64,000 nt of DNA from Planctomycetota bacterium (GTDB lineage Bacteria; Planctomycetota; UBA1135; JACQFD01). Made by a program: the position numbers and the translations under genes. The stretch is from positions 8,220-72,219 of the forward strand of contig JBJXHE010000076.1 in the NCBI GenBank assembly GCA_046160785.1. Reading direction: 5' to 3'. Numbering within the stretch: the stretch's first letter is position 1; every line of letters starts with the position of its first letter. A model generated the notes under the pieces. That model saw only the letters and a program-made list of their open reading frames with translations, searched no databases and was not told where the DNA came from. Positions 40,881 to 48,987 of this stretch are shown one piece after another.

Positions 40881-42106
40881 CCGCCGGCAAAACTAGCAAA
40901 CCTGCTCAATATATATTTGTAGGGCTCATTTTCTTTGGCGTCCTCGCCCTTCTCATCGGAGCTACAGTTTTTCTCTCCGAGCGAGTCTACGGATCGACCG
41001 ACGCCGTATATGTTATATTCGAAAAAGCGCTCGGCGTCCGGAAGGGCGATCCCGTGATGGTCGCGGGCGTAACGGAGGGTTACGTTCGCGAAATTGAGCT
41101 TCTCGCGAATGTTATGGAAAAGCCGGATCCATCAAATCCGGGAGTTACATTTAAGAATCGCGTGCGCCTTCGATGCGAATTGCGGCGCGCCGATGCGGAC
41201 CGCGTCAAGGTCCACGAAGGCTACAAAATTTTTATTGAATACGCGTCGGTTCTCGGCGGCCGCGTCGTGGCGATCGATCCCGGCGAACTAACAAGACCGG
41301 TAGTTGTACATTCTAAAGATAATCCGCTTCAGGGGCGCGTGCGCCCTGATCCGCTCGCTGCACTCGGCGAATTGATAGAAGAAAACCGCGCCAGCATCCG
41401 CGAAGCGATTGTTGAAATACGCGACACGTTCCGCGACGTGCGCACCGGCAAGGGACTGCTCGGCAAGATCATTAGTGATCCTGAAGTTGCTCAGAAGTTT
41501 GATAAGATTGTATCCGATATCGAAAAAGTAACAGATAACTTGAGCACGGGCAAAGGCGCGCTCGGCATGGCAATTAGCGACCCGGAAGTCGCGCGGCAGT
41601 TCCGCGATATTATTAAGAATATCGACGATGTAACGATTAAATTAAATAGTAGCGACGGCACGCTCGGCCGCTTGATCAACGATACGACCTGGGCAGACCG
41701 AATTGATAAAGTTACGCTCGACGTGTCCCAGATCACTGGAAAGTTGAATAGCCCGGAAGGCACGCTCGGGAAACTTATTAATACAAACGAACTCCACGAC
41801 CGCATCGTTCGAATTGTAGACAAGCTCGACGTCGCGATGGAACGCATCAACGACGGCACAGGCCTGCTCGGAAAAATCATTCATGACAAAGAAATGGGCG
41901 ATGATGCAAAACAACTCGTCCACGATATTAAAGAAACGTTTGCAACCATAAATCGCGGCGAAGGAACGCTCGGCCGGCTTGTTAAAGATGATTTGTTAAT
42001 TCGGCAGCTCGAAAGACTCTTCCGCCAGGTCAGCCGCTCGATCGAAGACGCCCGCGAGGCGGCTCCAATTGCTACATTCTCGTCGGTGTTGTTTGGCGCG
42101 TTTTGA
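40877..42106 (+). CDS. mlaD: MCE/MlaD-domain substrate-binding protein with six C-terminal ~34-aa repeats
   Basis: N-terminal TM then MCE core (VYVIFEKALGVRKGDPVMVAGVTEGYVREIEL). GTG start overlaps the mlaF stop (GTGA). Repeats are of the G-x-L-G-[KR]-[LI]-I-x-D type. Confidence 0.8.
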   Translation: MTAGKTSKPAQYIFVGLIFFGVLALLIGATVFLSERVYGSTDAVYVIFEKALGVRKGDPVMVAGVTEGYVREIELLANVMEKPDPSNPGVTFKNRVRLRCELRRADADRVKVHEGYKIFIEYASVLGGRVVAIDPGELTRPVVVHSKDNPLQGRVRPDPLAALGELIEENRASIREAIVEIRDTFRDVRTGKGLLGKIISDPEVAQKFDKIVSDIEKVTDNLSTGKGALGMAISDPEVARQFRDIIKNIDDVTIKLNSSDGTLGRLINDTTWADRIDKVTLDVSQITGKLNSPEGTLGKLINTNELHDRIVRIVDKLDVAMERINDGTGLLGKIIHDKEMGDDAKQLVHDIKETFATINRGEGTLGRLVKDDLLIRQLERLFRQVSRSIEDAREAAPIATFSSVLFGAF

Positions 42107-42110
42107 TAAT

Positions 42111-42136
42111 AGGGGACAGGTATAAACCTGTCCCCT
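42111..42136. terminator. 10-bp hairpin between the convergent mlaD and lptG genes
   Basis: aggggacagg-tataaa-cctgtcccct, followed by a third cctgtcccc copy at 42139-42147. No U-tract on either side, so function is uncertain. Confidence 0.4.
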
Positions 42137-42327
42137 AACCTGTCCCCCATAACGCGCGCAGCGCGCATCGGTGTGCGGAAGAAGGCGTCACGTAACGCCG
42201 AGCGCGGCAGTGGTCCAAGCGCGTTTCGTTTAACTAATATTCTGGCGCCACGGTTATGCGCGCGAGCACACGATACACACCGGGGCCTCGCGGCAGCGAG
42301 CCATACACCGGCGCCGCCCGCGGAGGG

Positions 42328-43449
42328 CTAACTCCTCATCGACTCAAAAAACGTGATCCCCAAACTTCCAAAGACTACAGTTGGAAGCCACGCCGCGAAA
42401 ACCGCGCCCACGGCGCCCTGTTCGCCCAATTGGAAACATATTAACGTTGCGGCGTAGTATGCGATCACGAGTCCAAATGCAATGATCGCGCCTTCGAGCG
42501 TCGACCGGCGGTCGGAGCGAAGCACGCACGGCAAACCCAGCAATGGTAATATCAAATTCGCAATCGCGAACGCGAACGCCGAGTGAAGTGCGATTTGATA
42601 TTTGATAGATCCCTTCATTCGCCCCGCGTACATATCCAATTCGGAAATAGATAAATATCCCGGATCGCCTTGGGCGCGCGCGGCAACTTCGCAGTCGCGG
42701 GATGTTAACGTAAACTCCGCGGGCAGCGTCTCGATCGCCTTCGATTCGCTCGATTCCGGCATGAGCCGCGCGATACTTTTTAATTTGCCATTCGTGAGCG
42801 CGAGCGGCCCATCGCCGCCGCCAACTGTAAACTTCCCATCGCTCGCCGAAATATTCTTAAACTTCTGGCCGTCGCTCGAATTGCCCTGAAATCCCGTCCC
42901 CGACTCCGCCTTCGGATCATACAATTCCCATGTATAGCGATTGCCGCGCGAATCGACGACCGCGAGATTCTTAACAACATGCCGCGGCTCCGCTTTGAAT
43001 AGGATTGTTTGCAGCACGGCCTGGTCGCGCGCGATTCCCGGAAGTAAATATTCGCGAAACGACAATTGAATCCCAGCGATCAAAACAGCCCCCGCGAAAA
43101 TGGCTACAAATCCGCGCTGGAGGCTCGTTCCGCTCGCGAGCAATGCTACTGTTTCGTGATTGCGATGGAGGCGCGCCGCCGTGAACACCGCGGCGAAGAA
43201 TGTAACAAATGGAGCAAATTGAAAGAACCGAATCGCGATTTCGAAACTATAATATTTCACGGCCATCGGAAAAATCGCGCGCGCGAGTTCGGGCTCGCCC
43301 TTCTGCCGCAGTTTTTTTGATGCAACAATTAAATCGTCGAAGTGTTGAAACTGGTCCGTTAATAATAACAATCCGGTCGCAAATAAAACGCCGACCGCGA
43401 GCGATCCCAGAAACACGCGGAAAACGTAGCGATCCGTCCTGCGGATCAA
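42328..43449 (-). CDS. lptG: LPS export ABC permease, LptG-like (YjgP/YjgQ family)
   Basis: LIRRTDRYVFRVF start is typical of the family; six TM segments plus a periplasmic beta-jellyroll region. TTG start at 43449 overlaps the lptF stop (TTGA). The ORF-track extension to 43695 overlaps lptF. Confidence 0.75.
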   Translation of the reverse strand: MIRRTDRYVFRVFLGSLAVGVLFATGLLLLTDQFQHFDDLIVASKKLRQKGEPELARAIFPMAVKYYSFEIAIRFFQFAPFVTFFAAVFTAARLHRNHETVALLASGTSLQRGFVAIFAGAVLIAGIQLSFREYLLPGIARDQAVLQTILFKAEPRHVVKNLAVVDSRGNRYTWELYDPKAESGTGFQGNSSDGQKFKNISASDGKFTVGGGDGPLALTNGKLKSIARLMPESSESKAIETLPAEFTLTSRDCEVAARAQGDPGYLSISELDMYAGRMKGSIKYQIALHSAFAFAIANLILPLLGLPCVLRSDRRSTLEGAIIAFGLVIAYYAATLICFQLGEQGAVGAVFAAWLPTVVFGSLGITFFESMRS

Positions 43450-44684
43450 CGGCGCACCAATCGATAAAAGAATGCACAACTCAGAATCGCGAGCAGCGCG
43501 GATGCCGGCCACGCGCAGAGCGCCACCGGAATATGTTGTTTTTGAATCAGCGCGTCGCCCGCCTTCGTGAGCGGAAAATATAATATAAATACAATTCCGA
43601 GCGCCGCGACGATTGCAAACAACCGCGTGCCGCGCTTCAGCCAGATCGCGATCGGCGCGCCGATCATTCCAAATAATAACGATGCGAACGACCACGCGAT
43701 GCGCCGCTCGAATTCATACCAATTAACCCGCGATTCTTTAAAATCGTATTCATAACGTTTCTTTTCCGCGGGATCTTTACTATTTTTTGAAAGCAGCGTT
43801 AACCTGCGGTCGGCGCGCCGCGCGATTCCTACCAATTCGTCCGACGTCATGAATTCCCGCCTATCGCGGAAGTTTGATTTGTTGCGTAACGCTAACTTTT
43901 CGAGAAGTATCGAAAAACTCGCCTGGCCAAACGAACGCTTTTCGCCCGCGTGAAAACCTGTAAAAACAAGCCGGTATGTCAACGGTTCATTAACAATTTC
44001 GAGCCGCTCCGCGAAACCCTGCAAAACAGATTTATCATCATTGGATTTATCATGAACAGGATTCGTCGCGGACGCGGGATCGCCCGTTTCTATTGTTACA
44101 TCGCCGGGCTTCGAAGCAGTCTCTCCGCTCTTCGAAGCAGCGCCTTCCCCCTTCGACCCGCCGCGAAAATCAATATAAACATCTTCGAGGACGGCGCCCT
44201 CGCGCCGCTGCCAAGATAAATATAAACGTATCTCCGGAATGTCAATTTCGTTTCTGCCGGAGTCGAGATTCATAATCGACTGCGAGGCCAAATCATCAAA
44301 TATCCGGTCGCGCGCAATCCATAGATTCGGCACGACGAATGCTAATAAATACGATTGAAGCGCGGACAGCAGCAGGCCTGTTAATAATACGGGCGCCAGG
44401 ATGCGAAATGGATGGATTCCGCACGCCTGCGTCGCGAGATATTCATTTTCCGCCGAGATGCGGCCGTACGTAAACAAAACGGCGACGAGAAACGCGAACG
44501 GAGTTAACAATTCGCTGCGCGATAGCAGCGCCATCGGCGCGAACGTTAACGAAATGAGCAGCGGAACTTCGCGGTGTGTGAATAGTTGTATAACAGTTCC
44601 AATGGTAGCGATCGAATAGATCACAATCATTGCAAATAAAAAATTTACAATGAGTTCGCGCAGGAGAAAGCGTTCGAGACGCAA
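43446..44684 (-). CDS. lptF: LPS export ABC permease, LptF-like (YjgP/YjgQ family)
   Basis: MRLERFLLRELIVNF start (TTG). Same architecture, with a Ser/Gly/Asp-rich insert in the periplasmic domain. Confidence 0.75.
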   Translation of the reverse strand: MRLERFLLRELIVNFLFAMIVIYSIATIGTVIQLFTHREVPLLISLTFAPMALLSRSELLTPFAFLVAVLFTYGRISAENEYLATQACGIHPFRILAPVLLTGLLLSALQSYLLAFVVPNLWIARDRIFDDLASQSIMNLDSGRNEIDIPEIRLYLSWQRREGAVLEDVYIDFRGGSKGEGAASKSGETASKPGDVTIETGDPASATNPVHDKSNDDKSVLQGFAERLEIVNEPLTYRLVFTGFHAGEKRSFGQASFSILLEKLALRNKSNFRDRREFMTSDELVGIARRADRRLTLLSKNSKDPAEKKRYEYDFKESRVNWYEFERRIAWSFASLLFGMIGAPIAIWLKRGTRLFAIVAALGIVFILYFPLTKAGDALIQKQHIPVALCAWPASALLAILSCAFFYRLVRR

Positions 44685-44826
44685 TGCGGCCTTCTGGAAT
44701 TGTTAACTGCAGAGTATATTGCGGAATACGTAATTCATGTTGCCTGCGCGCGCCCAGTATGTGAATAGAGATAGCGGATCACCAGTACGCATCCTTCGCC
44801 CCGAGAAGAAGTGTTCCGCGTACTTT

Positions 44827-45795
44827 ATGTTAGAAGTGTTGATAAGTACTTCGCAGACTGGCCCCCGAGTGAAACGATCGCACCGATTGAAATACGCCGC
44901 GCAGGGCATCGCTCTGCGCGCGGGATTCTTTGCGTGTCGCGCGATCCCGTTTCGCGCGCGCGTCGCGTTTTTCTCAGGCGTCGCGCGCCTCTGCGAATCA
45001 TTGGTATTTCGGGGAATGGCAAAAAAGAATTTAGAAACGGCCTTTGGTAATGAACTTTCAAAAACGGAACAGCGCAATATTCGGCGCGCCAACGCACGCG
45101 CAGTCGGACAGATGGCGGCGGAGTGGGTTGATTTTAATCATGACCATGGCGCGCTCGTCGAACGGCGAATTATTGTTGATGATACTATTTCGCTTCTCGA
45201 AGAAACGATGAAACTACAAAAAGGCGCGATCATGATCACGCCGCATTTCGGAAATTGGGAATTGATACCTGCCTATCTGATACGCCGCGGCTACCTCGGC
45301 GCCGTCGTCGCGCGCATGCCCGCGAATCCAATCTTAGCAAAGTTATTAGTAGATATTCGCGCGCGCGCAGGCGTGGAATCGCTCGACGCGCTCCTGCAGC
45401 GGCGCCGGATCGTTCGAGTATTGCAATCCGGCGGAATTGTAGGAATCCTCCCCGACCTCGACAGCAAACGCGCCGCGGGCGTATTTGTTAATTTCTTCGG
45501 AAAACCCGCGTGGACTCCCACCGGCCCCGCTCACCTCGCGATTCTCTCGGGCGCGCCGATTATTCCAACCTATCTGCTCCCCGAAGACGGCCGCTACCGC
45601 CTCATTTTTGAACCAGCGATTCTTCCGAATCTTAATATTGATAAACAAACCGAAATCCTAAGATTAACGCAGGCGTGGTGCGAGCGATTCGAAGCCCGCA
45701 TTCGCGCGAATCCCGAACACTGGGTGTGGATGCACGATCGCTGGTCGACCACACCCGAAAAAGCGATCGAGCGCAGAAACCGCCGCGCGCGGTAG
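44827..45795 (+). CDS. lipid A biosynthesis late acyltransferase (LpxL/HtrB family)
   Basis: Catalytic motif ITPHFGNWEL (H-x4-E), NLETAFGNELS and ILPD motifs. ATG at 44827 chosen; the ORF track starts at 44737. Confidence 0.75.
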   Translation: MLEVLISTSQTGPRVKRSHRLKYAAQGIALRAGFFACRAIPFRARVAFFSGVARLCESLVFRGMAKKNLETAFGNELSKTEQRNIRRANARAVGQMAAEWVDFNHDHGALVERRIIVDDTISLLEETMKLQKGAIMITPHFGNWELIPAYLIRRGYLGAVVARMPANPILAKLLVDIRARAGVESLDALLQRRRIVRVLQSGGIVGILPDLDSKRAAGVFVNFFGKPAWTPTGPAHLAILSGAPIIPTYLLPEDGRYRLIFEPAILPNLNIDKQTEILRLTQAWCERFEARIRANPEHWVWMHDRWSTTPEKAIERRNRRAR

Positions 45796-45853
45796 AGTGT
45801 GTTGCAAAAGCGATTGCTAACAACCCAGGCAAACGTACAACTCCATCATTCTC

Positions 45854-47878
45854 ATGTATACAGTTTTCGCCGCCGCCGCCCTCGCGTTTTGTTGGAATAT
45901 ACAGAATGACGCGCCCAAGGAAATTACTAAAGAAGTTACATTTGATAAATTAGTAACGTCGCTCGCCGATTTGAACTGGCTCGCGGAAACGCCAACACCT
46001 GGCGAAAAATGTATCCAATTTTCGAGCTACGATCGCGCAAGCCACAAAGATAGTAAAGACGACGCGGGCTGGTTTGCTAACAATGACGCGGGGCAATTCA
46101 TCCGCGAAGAGAAAGTCGGCGACCGGATTGAATACGTCATGGCCGACGTCGACGGACCCGGCGCGGTCGTCCGCATCTGGTCGGCGAATGCTAACGATGC
46201 GGGAGATTTAAGATTCTATTTTGATAACGAAAAGGAAGCGAGTTTTACAATTCCGTTTGTGGATTTAGCGGGCGGAACGAAAGCGCCGTTCATCGAGCCG
46301 TTTTGCGGCGTCCACGCGCGCGGTTGGAATTGTTATATACCGTTTCCGTTCGCCAAGCATCTCAAGATTACGGCGTCGAAGAAGGGATTTTATTATCAAG
46401 TAAACATTCGTCAATTTGGACACGCTGCGACTGTTAAGTCCTTCTCGAAAGAATTGTTATTGGATCCGATCCTAAAGAAAACCGCTACAAGACTGCTGAA
46501 CGATCAAATTCTCGACGGCCTGCCAATCGATAGTTTTGCCGTCGGTAAATCCGTTTCGCTCCCCGCTGGAGGATCAAAAACAATATTGAGACCCTCGTCC
46601 GGTGTCGTGAACTATTTTACTTTGACGCCTGGCAATGCAATGACGCGCAACGACCTGCGATCATTGCGTATTCAAATTTTATTTGATGGATCGGATCAAC
46701 CTGCCGTCGATTGCCCTTTTGTTGACTTCTTTGGAACGGCGCCGGATTTTGTTAAATATAAGACTTACGTGATCGGAATCGACGGCGCAGGTTCCGGTTA
46801 TTGTAAATTTCCTATGCCGTACCAGAACGGGGCTGTTTTTCGCTTTTTGAACGAAGGGGCCACGGCGGTTCAATTTGAGTATCGCATCGGAAATCGCGAT
46901 TCCACCGACGACGATGTAAAGATTCCCCCCCTCCGCTTCCACGCGAAATATATCCAAAAGAATGCTATTAAAACGCAGCCGCGATCGGATTATTTAATAT
47001 TAGATGCCGACGGGCCCGGTCGATTTGTAGGATGTTCACTCATGGTAAGGAATCCGGTTCGCGTTTGGTGGGGCGAAGGCGATGAACATATCTTTGTCGA
47101 CGGCGAATCGTTTCCGAGCACATTCGGCACCGGAACCGAAGATTATTTTGGTTATGCGTGGTGCGATCCGACGCCGTTCTCCGCGGCGTTTCATAGCCAA
47201 AGCCGCTGCGACGGGCCCGGCAACCGCGGTTTCACATCGGTTAACCGATTCCACATCGGCGATTCGATACCATTCCAGAAGATACTAAAATTCGACATGG
47301 AAGTGTGGCATTGGGCGAACACGGAGGTTGACTACAGTTCCGTCGCCTATTGGTATGCTCCGGCGAATGCTAAGGATCGAATGCCGCCGCTTCCGCCCGC
47401 GAAGGAGCGCCTCGTGCGCGAACTGCCGGCGGCCGAAAGTAAATATAAAGATTCGTTCGAAGGCGAAGCGTTATTAAAAACATTAACAAAAACCGGCGGC
47501 GGCGTGATGATCCAGGACATGGCCGGCTTCGGCGAACATTGGAGCCGCGAGGAACAATTGTGGTGGACCGGCGCAAAACCCGGCGACCAGCTCGACCTGC
47601 CATTTGATACAAAAGAACTTGGCGCGGTTACGCTTCGCGCGCAATTAACAAAAGCAGCCGACTACGGAATTGTACAATTCCTGCTCGACGGCGTCGCGAT
47701 CGGCCAGCCCTTCGATGGTTACAATAACGGCGTCGTCGCGAGCGGCGACATCGAAATCGGCCGTGCTCATCTCGGCGCCGGCAAGCACACGCTCTCTATT
47801 AAAATCACCGGCGCGAATCCGAAAGCCTTCCCGCAGCACATGGTTGGAATCGACTATTTTCGAATTGCCCAACAATAG
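45854..47878 (+). CDS. DUF2961 / GH172-like protein with an extra C-terminal beta-rich domain
   Basis: FSSYDRAS near the N-terminus and WWGEGDEHIFVDGESFPSTFGTGTEDYFGYAW match my recollection of DUF2961. N-terminal hydrophobic signal-like segment. Confidence 0.7.
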   Translation: MYTVFAAAALAFCWNIQNDAPKEITKEVTFDKLVTSLADLNWLAETPTPGEKCIQFSSYDRASHKDSKDDAGWFANNDAGQFIREEKVGDRIEYVMADVDGPGAVVRIWSANANDAGDLRFYFDNEKEASFTIPFVDLAGGTKAPFIEPFCGVHARGWNCYIPFPFAKHLKITASKKGFYYQVNIRQFGHAATVKSFSKELLLDPILKKTATRLLNDQILDGLPIDSFAVGKSVSLPAGGSKTILRPSSGVVNYFTLTPGNAMTRNDLRSLRIQILFDGSDQPAVDCPFVDFFGTAPDFVKYKTYVIGIDGAGSGYCKFPMPYQNGAVFRFLNEGATAVQFEYRIGNRDSTDDDVKIPPLRFHAKYIQKNAIKTQPRSDYLILDADGPGRFVGCSLMVRNPVRVWWGEGDEHIFVDGESFPSTFGTGTEDYFGYAWCDPTPFSAAFHSQSRCDGPGNRGFTSVNRFHIGDSIPFQKILKFDMEVWHWANTEVDYSSVAYWYAPANAKDRMPPLPPAKERLVRELPAAESKYKDSFEGEALLKTLTKTGGGVMIQDMAGFGEHWSREEQLWWTGAKPGDQLDLPFDTKELGAVTLRAQLTKAADYGIVQFLLDGVAIGQPFDGYNNGVVASGDIEIGRAHLGAGKHTLSIKITGANPKAFPQHMVGIDYFRIAQQ

Positions 47879-47917
47879 CTTTACTGCAATAACAATAAAT
47901 TTAATATAGAAACCGAA

Positions 47918-48775
47918 ATGTTTACATCGCTTCTGTCTCTGCGTTCATTACTTTTAGCGGCCGGACTTTCCGCGATCGCGTTTTCTCAGGATTCAAAACC
48001 CGCCGAAGTTAACAATCCGGTTGCTACAAAACCAAACCCCGAAGCCGCCGCGGCCGCCCTCAAGAAGGCAGCCGCTGCCGCGAATGTTAAGGAAGCGCGC
48101 GAGTCGGAAATTGTAGTCAGTTTGGCGGTCGGCGCGGGAATCAACCAGGCGCGAGGCGCGATTACCATTGCGGCCGACGGCTCGCGAACGTCGATCCGCG
48201 TCAAGGCCGACAATGATGCTATTGATAAAATTGATGCAAAATCGATATTTGATGGAAAGGATTTGTGGATTCAGGATCGCGGAATGACAATGAAAGGAAC
48301 CGTCGAGGAAATTGAGTTATTGATGCGTCTGAATCCACAGCTCGCAATGTTTCTCGGCGCGCCGGCGCGCGTGATAGCAGGCTACCAAAAATGGTATCAA
48401 TTCGACCGCGTGGAGAATATTGAAAAGGACGGCAAGAAGTACGTGGCCGTTTCGGGAAATATGATGAAAGAAAAAAGAAAACTGATCGTTCAAAAGTTTA
48501 CGCGCGATTTGTGCTCGACGGCCAAATTGTATTTTAACCAATCCGACTCTTCGCTCGCGGGCGTGGAGCTACTCAACAAATCCGGAGCGATGTCGTCAGG
48601 TTATTTTTATACCGAGTGGAAAAAACTCGAAAAGGCCGGCGACAGTCTTTTTAGTTATATTCCGCCGCTGGGCGCGAACATTATCACGCCGCAGGATTTG
48701 ATGAATCAAAGCATCGGCAACGCGGTCGCGGAACCCGACGACGACACCCCTGCTTCGAAACCCGCGGAAAAGTAA
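47918..48775 (+). CDS. hypothetical secreted protein
   Basis: Signal-peptide-like N-terminus (LLLAAGLSAIAFSQD), Ala/Pro-rich linker, no motif I recognise. Confidence 0.5.
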   Translation: MFTSLLSLRSLLLAAGLSAIAFSQDSKPAEVNNPVATKPNPEAAAAALKKAAAAANVKEARESEIVVSLAVGAGINQARGAITIAADGSRTSIRVKADNDAIDKIDAKSIFDGKDLWIQDRGMTMKGTVEEIELLMRLNPQLAMFLGAPARVIAGYQKWYQFDRVENIEKDGKKYVAVSGNMMKEKRKLIVQKFTRDLCSTAKLYFNQSDSSLAGVELLNKSGAMSSGYFYTEWKKLEKAGDSLFSYIPPLGANIITPQDLMNQSIGNAVAEPDDDTPASKPAEK

Positions 48776-48858
48776 CTGTTAAATTTAATATAACGGTCGT
48801 TGCTGGTTATTGTCGCCGGCGGCAGGAGAAGCGGTTTCAAACGTGCTTCGCAAGCCGG

Positions 48859-48961
48859 GCGCGCAAGATTTTTTGTTATATCGAGGCGGTGCGCCCGAGG
48901 CGTATCCAGGAGATACGCCGAGGCCGCAGCAACGATGATATAACAAAAAAGATTCGCGCGC
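48859..48961. repeat. nested inverted repeat in a convergent intergenic spacer
   Basis: Outer arms gcgcgcaagattttttgttatatc (48859-48882) and gatataacaaaaaagattcgcgcgc (48937-48961): a 14-bp perfect core plus a GC clamp. Inner hairpin ggcgtatc-cagga-gatacgcc (48899-48919). Confidence 0.55.
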
Positions 48962-48987
48962 GGCTCGAATGACGTATGAAACCGTTT

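Noticed and set aside
42149-42327. GC-rich spacer as SRP (4.5S) RNA, because of a GGAA-containing segment (gtgcggaagaaggcg).
   Set aside because: The sequence flanking GGAA cannot form the closing stem and symmetric-loop arrangement of SRP helix 8 on either strand. No other known ncRNA signature was recognised.
43450-43695. 82-aa N-terminal extension of the lptG-like ORF.
   Set aside because: It overlaps the 3' end of lptF in another frame. The family-typical start (I-R-R-T-D-R-Y-V-F) begins at a TTG that overlaps the lptF stop (TTGA).
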